The notes beneath the pieces are model-generated. The model worked only from the letters and a program-made list of their open reading frames with translations. It was not told the DNA's origin and made no database searches. The position numbers and the translations under genes are program-made. A DNA stretch of 55,864 bases from an uncultured Rikenellaceae bacterium. GTDB taxonomy: Bacteria > Bacteroidota > Bacteroidia > Bacteroidales > UBA932. Shown in pieces: positions 38,874 through 46,720 of this stretch. Positions within the stretch are counted from its first letter, which is position 1, and every line of letters starts with the position of its first letter. The stretch is from assembly GCA_937906485.1 (NCBI GenBank), contig CALCYB010000083.1, forward strand, positions 1 to 55,864. The letters are read 5' to 3'.

Positions 38874-41075
38874 TTAAAGTTTAACATCTGCATTGCTTGC
38901 CACAAGATTAACCTTCTGGCGCCAATAATCTTTCATTGAACCGATTCGTTCTACCCTACCCTTGAATCCATCTTGACGAAAGGCAATGCCACAACACTTC
39001 CCCTGTCCAGGCGCTCCGTCATCATCGGATAATGGACAAAACATCTTGAGCGGGTCCTGAATGCTATATTTCAACACCTCGCTCGGAACAGGATTCTGTT
39101 CATATTGCTCCACATACACGTCTATTTCATCCGCTTTGTCCCGATTAATGCAAATCACGTTATCGGAGAGTTTACATACTTCCCGCACACAAGAAGCTTT
39201 CTTGTCACACATCAATGTCAGTTCAATATCCCGATCTGCACAAAATGTATAGAGCGCCGTCAAGAATAGCGGAGATTCTTTTAGAAACGGAAAGCTGTAA
39301 TCAATCACCTGAAGATCATCAACAATCAGATGTTTCATCTTCTTTCCGTCGGCAAATGCCACAGCCAATTGTTCATTAATCTTCATCAGCAACTCCTCCG
39401 GAGTGATGCACCCCATCCGTATATCCAGAAAATGGATATAGTGGTAACACTTTATACACGCTTTGAGTTGACAGCTCAAGGAACAAGATGAACATGACCG
39501 GATCTCCAATTGATTGGACTTGGACAAGCAGGGTGGACATCCCGCCTTTTGTATGGCAATAGCCGGGCAAAACATCTGGCGCATCATGTTATCCCGATCC
39601 TTATCCAACAACAGAATCAATGTATGTTCTCCTTTTTTAGCCAGATGGAAGGCTTTGGCCAATGTAAACATGCGTTTATAACTATTGGGATTCCCGACAA
39701 TCGCTGTAGAATCCGGATGATGATCCGTATTTCTGCCTTTCCCAAATAAGATTTTTGTCAATATTTCTTGATCATGCTGGTCTTTTTTTTCTTCCACCCC
39801 ATAGCGTTCCATATACATGGATCTTAACTTATCCAGCGGGTATGACTGCTGTTGAGGCAGATAATCTTCTCCGCTGTATTCTTCGCCTGCATTGACCTTT
39901 CGATGAATGTATTCCATATAGGATTCATTGAACATGGGCCGATGAGAAGTCAATAGTTCACTGGAACTGTACCTGCGCTTGCGAAGGATACGATGCAGAC
40001 TCGGATAAACTTCCAGAATCGAGCTCCGCTTCTTATACAGATGCCAACCGATTGTTGCCTCCTGAAAAACACTTTTCGTAATCTGCATTTCATACATCAT
40101 GTAGTTCTCTATTTCAGAGGTTCGGCTCTGCATACGAATAATCACGTCTGCTCCAATCTTTGTATCATCATAACGCTCATCAAATACCAATATTGAAACA
40201 GGAGTTGTCCGACGTAATACCGACAACATATAATCATAGGGCAATGTCTCCAATTCGGGTGATGCAATGTGAGAGAAACCATCAATCACAATACATGGAA
40301 TCTTTTGATCCGGAAGATCTGTTCTTGGATCCAAGGTAGGATCAAGGGAGCAAATATAATCCGTCAAACGCTGAACCGATGGTGCTGAATAATAATGATG
40401 AGTGCTTTCTTGATCTCCATTTGGCATTTCTACAAAATCAGCCTTAACGAATTCATCCTCAAATCCCCCCTTCAGATTGTAGGCATTGATATCACTGCTT
40501 CTTCGCTTGTACAAGATGTTGAATTGGTCTGCCCCCTCCCTCATACGTCTGAAGTGCAATGATTTTGTCCGAGGATTGTAATAAACCAGATCCTCACAAA
40601 TGTATTTGTCCAATCTTGCAGCAAGATCCGCCGGTATCATTACCCGATATTCCTTTGATACTGATTCTTCACACATCAGTCGGGATGTATCGAACAAACA
40701 ATCTGACAAGGAATGATTTATCCATTTATCCGGTTGCTCTATCCGTTCTTTTGTCATCAGATCCAACTGTTTTTCAATCAGGAAATCCAAATACAGATCC
40801 GTCAGTTCGCTTCTGTTCTTGTCAATAGAATAGAATTGTGGTTTACCAATCTGAGTGCGATCTTCGCGCTGGTTAAGCGTAACAATGGATTTTGTCAACC
40901 CCTGCATCAACTGCAGTGACATCAAGGTTTTGTTGCAGCCCTGCGTCCCATATACCGCGATAATCATACCCTGGTTGACGGTCTTTGTCAAAACATCTTT
41001 TGTCACTTGGAAACCGCCATAAAATAACTCATCCAAACCAAAGATGCCTGTTGATAGCTTTTGAATGACACTCAT
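38874..41075 (-). CDS. Two-domain KaiC/RecA-superfamily ATPase (733 aa)
   Basis: N-terminal KLSTGIFGLDELFYGGF is the KaiC/RadA-type signature. Walker A is GTQGCNKT, Walker B is IPCIVIDGF, followed by ADVIIRMQ...EMQITKS. A second RecA-like half has a degenerate P-loop (VGNPNSYKR) and Walker B (HLIVDD). ATG 41075 is preferred over the track start at 41174, which overlaps the SIR2 gene by 77 nt. Confidence 0.8.
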   Translation of the reverse strand: MSVIQKLSTGIFGLDELFYGGFQVTKDVLTKTVNQGMIIAVYGTQGCNKTLMSLQLMQGLTKSIVTLNQREDRTQIGKPQFYSIDKNRSELTDLYLDFLIEKQLDLMTKERIEQPDKWINHSLSDCLFDTSRLMCEESVSKEYRVMIPADLAARLDKYICEDLVYYNPRTKSLHFRRMREGADQFNILYKRRSSDINAYNLKGGFEDEFVKADFVEMPNGDQESTHHYYSAPSVQRLTDYICSLDPTLDPRTDLPDQKIPCIVIDGFSHIASPELETLPYDYMLSVLRRTTPVSILVFDERYDDTKIGADVIIRMQSRTSEIENYMMYEMQITKSVFQEATIGWHLYKKRSSILEVYPSLHRILRKRRYSSSELLTSHRPMFNESYMEYIHRKVNAGEEYSGEDYLPQQQSYPLDKLRSMYMERYGVEEKKDQHDQEILTKILFGKGRNTDHHPDSTAIVGNPNSYKRMFTLAKAFHLAKKGEHTLILLLDKDRDNMMRQMFCPAIAIQKAGCPPCLSKSNQLEIRSCSSCSLSCQLKACIKCYHYIHFLDIRMGCITPEELLMKINEQLAVAFADGKKMKHLIVDDLQVIDYSFPFLKESPLFLTALYTFCADRDIELTLMCDKKASCVREVCKLSDNVICINRDKADEIDVYVEQYEQNPVPSEVLKYSIQDPLKMFCPLSDDDGAPGQGKCCGIAFRQDGFKGRVERIGSMKDYWRQKVNLVASNADVKL

Positions 41076-41097
41076 ATCTGATGCGATTATTAAAATT

Positions 41098-42246
41098 TCA
41101 AAATCTGCACTTCTCCACTTGAATACGGCTGCACAAATCCACAAGATCTCTGTACAATGCCCCGTACCCCTCATCGGACACGATCGGGGTTAACCCCAAC
41201 GACTGGTAGTAATCCATTTTTATCTCGTTGACCAACTTCCAATCTTTTATATACGATTGTTCTTTGTACGCCGTGTCGGCTTTCAAGTAATACAAGCGGT
41301 CCTTGTTGCCGGACAATCGGACATAATGCAACATCCGTTGCGTCGTTTCATCACTGACTGAAGAACCTGCAAATATACAGGTATAATGATTCAGAAAATG
41401 AATCTGTGTAGCGATCTGCCAGGAGTAGAATTGTGTAGACAACTCATTGAATTCATCCATCGATAACACAATCCGACTTTCTGACAATCTGGCCACTTCT
41501 ACAGGAGATGGAATATAACCATGCACATGATAGACAAATAGGTTCTCATCGGTCTTAGAATCATCATACGAATTCCCAAAAATATCAGAAATGTGCAGTT
41601 CACTCCGACAACGTTCTATACTGGCCAACTCCTCTTGTGTAAAATAATGACTACGGTCCCTCCAAAGAATAGATATGGCCCTGGTCAAAAAATTATCATA
41701 ATTATAGGTCACGATTGCCTTAATCTGTGGACAAAGTATGACCATTCGGGCCAACTGATACAAGGTATAAAACGGCAAACCTTCCGTTGTGGACTGCCTT
41801 TTTAAATTTGAAAGGGTATAGTGCTTTTCAAATTCTTCCTTTAACAGAAATTGGTTACATTCCTTATAGATATAATACTGTAACGTAGGTATGTACTTAT
41901 CCCCCAATACAGACTTTATTATAAATGCCTTGCTTGTATAGGATATTGCAGAATGTGAGGATTTATAAATATGGAACCAACTTTCTAACTCTTCTACCGT
42001 TTTGAAACCACTGGGGCGTCCTTTAAAAATGGCATTGACCGACCACACGGTTTTTGCATCCGCATTGTGCTTCATGCCCATCTGATGGATTACCCGATCC
42101 ATCAAATAATTCAATATATCATCCCACAACAAGTGAACACCTGGGCTACAATTGATACCGGCTCCCACAAACAGAATCATCTGTTTATGAGCTTCCAGAT
42201 CTTTCTTGAAAGACAAAAGGTTCTGATTTGAAAATAAAGCACACAT
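41098..42246 (-). CDS. Stand-alone SIR2-like (SIR2_2-type) protein, predicted NAD+-consuming effector (382 aa)
   Basis: All SIR2_2 landmarks are present in order: ILFVGAGIN (the GAG NAD-binding loop), VTYNYDNF (TTNYD motif), VYHVHGY (catalytic His), IVLSMDEF and IFAGSSVSDE. The track start at 42294 is TTG and overlaps a promoter box. ATG 42246 is preferred. Confidence 0.85.
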   Translation of the reverse strand: MCALFSNQNLLSFKKDLEAHKQMILFVGAGINCSPGVHLLWDDILNYLMDRVIHQMGMKHNADAKTVWSVNAIFKGRPSGFKTVEELESWFHIYKSSHSAISYTSKAFIIKSVLGDKYIPTLQYYIYKECNQFLLKEEFEKHYTLSNLKRQSTTEGLPFYTLYQLARMVILCPQIKAIVTYNYDNFLTRAISILWRDRSHYFTQEELASIERCRSELHISDIFGNSYDDSKTDENLFVYHVHGYIPSPVEVARLSESRIVLSMDEFNELSTQFYSWQIATQIHFLNHYTCIFAGSSVSDETTQRMLHYVRLSGNKDRLYYLKADTAYKEQSYIKDWKLVNEIKMDYYQSLGLTPIVSDEGYGALYRDLVDLCSRIQVEKCRF

Positions 42247-42291
42247 ATAGCATCCAAACCTTCCGCAATTTACATAAAAAAAATTCAGCTG

Positions 42292-42299
42292 CAAAATTA
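42292..42299 (-). promoter_or_regulatory. Candidate internal promoter (TTTG-17 nt-TAATTTTG) ahead of the SIR2 gene
   Basis: On the minus strand, TAATTTTG is the reverse complement of 42292..42299 and TTTG is the reverse complement of 42317..42320. The -7 box lies 45 nt upstream of ATG 42246. Confidence 0.35.
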
Positions 42300-42346
42300 A
42301 ATCATTGATATTTCGCCAAAGAATCAGAAAGCATCCCGCTGCCTTA

Positions 42347-42454
42347 TTAACGAGGGAGGACTTTCCTCAAAGCCTCAGTGATATGCTGAGTTTCCACCTG
42401 CCTATCTTCATATCCAATAATTTTGAACAACTGTAATAATCTTATTCTTTTCAT
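42347..42454 (-). CDS. Micro-ORF, 35 codons (MKRIRLLQLFKIIGYEDRQVETQHITEALRKVLPR); coding status uncertain
   Basis: Below the ORF-track length cut-off. Its ATG (42454..42452) overlaps the TGA (42453..42451) of the TIR-STAND gene as ATGA, which is the classic translational-coupling geometry. Confidence 0.25.
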   Translation of the reverse strand: MKRIRLLQLFKIIGYEDRQVETQHITEALRKVLPR

Positions 42455-44931
42455 CCATCAAGACCACGGCGCACAAAATCCTGGAACTGACTTACCACAC
42501 TGGAGGTAAAGCGTTTCTTCACTTCGTTTTCCACCAACCGCCGAGCTTCCCAGACTTGACCGGCGTGCACCAGCAGACGGCATTTTGCCAACAGATACTG
42601 CATTTTGCGACGTATATCTGAATTCTGATCAAACTGTTGATCAATTTTGGTAACAAAATCCTCTATTTCAGGGTATTGTTCCATATGGTTCAGCACCTCG
42701 AGTTTTGCCAGATAAGGATAGATCTTACGGGGATACTTCTGCAGGGTCTCATCCGCCATACGGAGTGCCTTCTCAGGCTCATCCTCTACATAGTAGTAAT
42801 AATCGATCATCGCAGTCCGGTACATCTCGTCGGCTTTGGGATTGAGGTTTCCTTTCAAGTCTTCCAGCAATCGTTTCAGCCGGTCAGCGGCTGCTTTTCC
42901 TTCCAGCTTCAACACGCACCGGAAATAGCTCTGGATCGCATAGGGATTATTCCGGTCTGCTTGATAAAACTCTTCGGCCAAATCATGGGCTGCCTCATAC
43001 GCTTCTTTGTTCAAATAGACTTGAATCAGTTCTCTTTTAGCCCGAATGTGTTCCGGAAACTGCTCCAATGCCCGGTTCAAACAACGTTCCGCATCCTCCA
43101 TCTGCCCACGCAAGCGATGATAAAAGCCTCGTAGAAAATCTTTCTCCGCCCCATTGATGTAATCCACTTCCATCAAAAAACGGTCATCCCCTTTTCTGGC
43201 CAATGACAGACACAACCAGTAGCGAATTTCCCGAATGATACGCTCATCCATGTACGAGACATTCTTCAAGACACGGTCTGCCAAAGCAATCACATCATCA
43301 TACTGACGCTGATAATTGTACAATTCTCGCATAGCATTCACAAAATGCGACGGAATCAGGAACTCTTCCGGAACTCCCCTACCTTGCTTAAGTGACTCTT
43401 TTAATGAAATCACATAATCAGAAGTGTCTCGCTCCATATCCTGTGCATAATCTTTACTCTGCTGGTTGACGTATTGAATTAGATTATTACGGTAAGTGTC
43501 CTTCAATTTATAGGTCGAACGTTGGATATGATCCCGAATCACATCACTCAACCGAAGGTTATCCTTGTTGGTCCCTATCCATTCAATCATCATAGATGAA
43601 GACAGGTCCTCCACAATATCCATCGCTGCATCAAAATCTTCCCCTAAAATCTTCTCCAACATTAGAAAACTGATGAACTCATATTCCGAAAGAATCACAA
43701 GTAGATTGATTGCCAATACATTACCATCATACTTTCTCACAAGATGAGAAACTTTCTCTGCATTATACTCAACAATTTCATGCAAGTGATTCCTTACGTA
43801 TTGAAGGCCTTCATGATTTAGTAACTGAACTGCATAATGAACCTGTTCGGGATAGCCGTTCAACACATTTGTGATCATACCCAAATCTTCCTTAGACATG
43901 GATAATCCATTGATTTTCAAAAGCGTTGTATATAACCCTATCCGTTCGGTACGTTCAAGTTCCGGAATATTGATACAGAACAATGATTTCTGTTGACTCA
44001 TGTACCTGGTCTTCACTTTTGACAAACTGATTACACATAGTAAGATACACCCCCTTCTGGAGAGATTTTCAATAATCCGAAGAAACCATCCTGGCAGACT
44101 TCCAGTTTTGGAAACAATTGCATGGTTATCTTCAACAAACAAAATCTCCCCGACATCTTCCAACTCCTGAATTAATTCCGTAGCCAAGGCAATCTTCTCG
44201 GGAAGCGTTTTTGCCAACAACGAAGACATCCTGTCACTTGACATCGACGAATAGCCCAATCCATAGATCCGAATGATAAAATCCTCAATAGAACACATTT
44301 GATCCAAAGTAATGGACAACGGGAAATATTCCGGCTTGATGGTTGAGGAGTTAGTCAAAGCATGGCGTAAGAACTTGCGCCTACCAATGGAGTTCAAACC
44401 ACTGACAATGATGCAACCGGGCAGGCCCAATTCAATATCATAGATTCTTGACTCAAATTCCTTCAACTGCTCAGTCCTCCCCACAAACAATCGGTCCAAC
44501 TCCTTTTTCTTTGGAAACAGATTCCACGCAGCAAGACGTTGGCGCTGACGAATCAGAGCTGCCACCTTAGTCGGTTTGGAGATATAACGCAGGTTATACT
44601 CTTTTCTCATCCACTCCGGTATGCGACCGTCAGTATGTCTGATCTGTTTATCAATGATTACCGGGAAAAAACATTTGATCTTCCCATTGGCAATATACTC
44701 TTCAGCCTTCAATATTTCTTTCTCCACCCAGGTACTGCCCAATGATTCTTCCGAAATGAAGAAAACAAAAATACTGGTATTGTCCAGTCCTTGATAAATC
44801 TCATCCAACGTCCGGCATCCTTCCTCAAAAGTCCATGCATCGTACACGACACGCTGCTTGCCCAATATCCGGGCAACCATCTCCACGTATCCTTTCTGCT
44901 TGCTGCTATGCGACAAAAATACTCTTCCCAT
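42451..44931 (-). CDS. TIR domain - STAND (AAA16/NB-ARC-like) NTPase - TPR repeat protein (826 aa)
   Basis: N-terminal TIR: VFLSHSSKQK...IFVFFISEESLGSTWVEKEI (the SxWxxxE catalytic-Glu motif, E72). NTPase: FVGRTEQLKEF...IIVSGLNSIGRRKFLRHAL (P-loop), EILFVEDN (Walker B) and NGYPEQVHYA (GxP-like). C-terminal ~300 aa: TPR-like helical repeats (RGQMEDAERCLNRALEQFPEHIRAKRELIQVYL...). Confidence 0.85.
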   Translation of the reverse strand: MGRVFLSHSSKQKGYVEMVARILGKQRVVYDAWTFEEGCRTLDEIYQGLDNTSIFVFFISEESLGSTWVEKEILKAEEYIANGKIKCFFPVIIDKQIRHTDGRIPEWMRKEYNLRYISKPTKVAALIRQRQRLAAWNLFPKKKELDRLFVGRTEQLKEFESRIYDIELGLPGCIIVSGLNSIGRRKFLRHALTNSSTIKPEYFPLSITLDQMCSIEDFIIRIYGLGYSSMSSDRMSSLLAKTLPEKIALATELIQELEDVGEILFVEDNHAIVSKTGSLPGWFLRIIENLSRRGCILLCVISLSKVKTRYMSQQKSLFCINIPELERTERIGLYTTLLKINGLSMSKEDLGMITNVLNGYPEQVHYAVQLLNHEGLQYVRNHLHEIVEYNAEKVSHLVRKYDGNVLAINLLVILSEYEFISFLMLEKILGEDFDAAMDIVEDLSSSMMIEWIGTNKDNLRLSDVIRDHIQRSTYKLKDTYRNNLIQYVNQQSKDYAQDMERDTSDYVISLKESLKQGRGVPEEFLIPSHFVNAMRELYNYQRQYDDVIALADRVLKNVSYMDERIIREIRYWLCLSLARKGDDRFLMEVDYINGAEKDFLRGFYHRLRGQMEDAERCLNRALEQFPEHIRAKRELIQVYLNKEAYEAAHDLAEEFYQADRNNPYAIQSYFRCVLKLEGKAAADRLKRLLEDLKGNLNPKADEMYRTAMIDYYYYVEDEPEKALRMADETLQKYPRKIYPYLAKLEVLNHMEQYPEIEDFVTKIDQQFDQNSDIRRKMQYLLAKCRLLVHAGQVWEARRLVENEVKKRFTSSVVSQFQDFVRRGLDG

Positions 44932-44961
44932 GATAAAGTCTTCTAAAAAATATAATGCTGT

Positions 44962-44969
44962 GCAAATCT
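44962..44969 (-). promoter_or_regulatory. -7 box TAGATTTG, candidate promoter of the cassette
   Basis: The reverse complement of caaatcta matches TAnnTTTG. It lies 30 nt upstream of ATG 44931 and just downstream of the preceding terminator. Confidence 0.4.
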
Positions 44970-44971
44970 AA

Positions 44972-45015
44972 TAAAAAAAGAAATTCGGGCCAGTACCTTA
45001 ACCGTACTGACCCGA
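44972..45015 (-). terminator. Intrinsic terminator after wbuC, ending the polysaccharide operon
   Basis: The minus-strand RNA reads uucgggucaguac-gguuaag-guacuggcccgaa (13-bp stem with one G-U pair) followed by a U-rich tract (uuucuuuuuuu). Confidence 0.75.
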
Positions 45016-45019
45016 AATC

Positions 45020-45421
45020 TCACTTCAGAATATCACACTCCTGAATCGGAATATATGGACCATCCTTCATCTCAAGGATCACAGTCCCGCTCTCAAGAGC
45101 TCTCAACGTGTGCCACTGACCTGCGGGAATATTCAGCGCAAAGACAGGACCTCCCGCTGCTAGTTCATACGTCGCAGAGCAAATACGCTCTAGTTCATCA
45201 TAAAATTCCTCTATGACTCGGCCACGAAGCACCACGACCGTTTCTGAAGTCTTCTGATGGCGATGAATCGGAATCACCGACCCCGGCTCAATGGCATTCA
45301 ACATCCGCTGAGAGGTATCCGCATCCGAATTCCTCAGATCCAGATTCATCCGCAAACGAGGCGACTCCTTCGCCTGAGAAGAGAGGTTATCAAGAAGTTG
45401 ATGGTCGATCTTGATGGTCAC
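45020..45421 (-). CDS. wbuC: WbuC-family cupin-fold protein
   Basis: IDHQLLDNLSSQAKESPRLRMNLDLRNS...LNAIEPGSVIPIHRH matches the WbuC pattern. The track start at 45460 is TTG and overlaps the upstream gene. GTG 45421 lies 9 nt after the upstream stop. The start is uncertain. Confidence 0.75.
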   Translation of the reverse strand: MTIKIDHQLLDNLSSQAKESPRLRMNLDLRNSDADTSQRMLNAIEPGSVIPIHRHQKTSETVVVLRGRVIEEFYDELERICSATYELAAGGPVFALNIPAGQWHTLRALESGTVILEMKDGPYIPIQECDILK

Positions 45422-45432
45422 GATAAACAAGA

Positions 45433-46707
45433 TTATGCGATTATCGCTTGTTTTATACAATCTACAATGTAATGAATGTCTTCATCAGATACACAAGGGC
45501 CAGACGGCAGACACAAGCCAACCTCAAAGAGATCTTCAGATACACCATTCACATAAGCGGGACATTTTGCATATACAGGCTGCTTGTGCATCGGTTTCCA
45601 CAATGGACGCACCTCTATGCCACAAGCATCCAAGGCAACCCGCATTGCCTCAACATTGGCATTCGGCTCACAATCTGTATGCATACTACCTCCGCCATGC
45701 AGTACGCCTGCAGCACCGCCTACTGCACCTTGAACAGCTGAACTATACGCAGATTCTTGTCCCTTTACTCTTAAATCAGGATCCAACGTCACAGTATTCA
45801 ACCAATAATTGCTATCATAGTCAGAAGAGGGATTCTCATGCAAAACAATTCCTGGAATCTCTTTCAACAACTCGCGATACAGGTCAGTGGTATGCTTGTG
45901 ATGTGCCACATGTTCTGCCACAACCGTCATTTGTCCTCGTCCAATTCCTGCGCAGATGTTGGACATCCGATAATTGTAACCAATCTTGTCATGCTGATAG
46001 TACGGATATGCCTCACGTGCTTGAGTAGCATAAAACATGATTTCCTGCTTGGCAGTCGCATCGGGACAAATCAAAGCACCTCCTCCGGAAGTCGTAATCA
46101 TCTTGTTTCCATTAAACGAAAGCACCCCATATTTGCCAAAAGTTCCGCACATCCGGCCTTTATACCGACTTCCGAACGCTTCGGCAGCATCTTCAATTAC
46201 GGGAATTTCATATTTGGCTGCAATAGAAAGAATTTCATCCAACTTGGCTGGCATTCCGTAAAGATATACCGGGACAATTGCCTTCGGTTTCTTTCCGGTC
46301 TTCGCCATCCGATCCACAATCGCCTCCTCCAATAGTGCGGGATCCATATTCCAAGTATCCCGTTCAGAATCAATGAACACCGGAGTTGCACCCAAATAGG
46401 TAATCGGATGGGATGAAGCACAGAATGTGAATGATTGTACCAATACCTCATCACCAGGGCCTACACCACAAGCAACTAAGGCTAAATGAACGGCCGCTGT
46501 TCCAGCAGAAAGGGCAACCACCTTGGCATCTCCTGTCGCAGGAGCTCCCGCTACTGCTGGACTATTGACATAGGTTTCCAAATCGGACTCAAATCCATTC
46601 ACATTCGGTCCAAGAGGCACTACCCAATTTGTATCAAAAGCCTCTTGTATGAAACGCTGCTCGCTTCCCGACATGTGAGCAAGACATAAATAAATACGTT
46701 TTTGCAT
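45433..46707 (-). CDS. DegT/DnrJ/EryC1/StrS-family PLP-dependent sugar aminotransferase
   Basis: HMSGSEQRFIQEAFDTNWV..., FTFCASSHP, VIEDAAEAFGS and the SFNGNKMITTSGGG PLP-lysine motif. Confidence 0.9.
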   Translation of the reverse strand: MQKRIYLCLAHMSGSEQRFIQEAFDTNWVVPLGPNVNGFESDLETYVNSPAVAGAPATGDAKVVALSAGTAAVHLALVACGVGPGDEVLVQSFTFCASSHPITYLGATPVFIDSERDTWNMDPALLEEAIVDRMAKTGKKPKAIVPVYLYGMPAKLDEILSIAAKYEIPVIEDAAEAFGSRYKGRMCGTFGKYGVLSFNGNKMITTSGGGALICPDATAKQEIMFYATQAREAYPYYQHDKIGYNYRMSNICAGIGRGQMTVVAEHVAHHKHTTDLYRELLKEIPGIVLHENPSSDYDSNYWLNTVTLDPDLRVKGQESAYSSAVQGAVGGAAGVLHGGGSMHTDCEPNANVEAMRVALDACGIEVRPLWKPMHKQPVYAKCPAYVNGVSEDLFEVGLCLPSGPCVSDEDIHYIVDCIKQAIIA

Positions 46708-46720
46708 GATAACAATACTA

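Noticed and set aside
41076-41174. A 33-codon N-terminal extension of the KaiC-like ORF that overlaps the SIR2 gene by 77 nt.
   Set aside because: KaiC/RadA-type proteins begin just before the TGIxGLD motif. ATG 41075 gives that geometry and a 22-nt intergenic gap.
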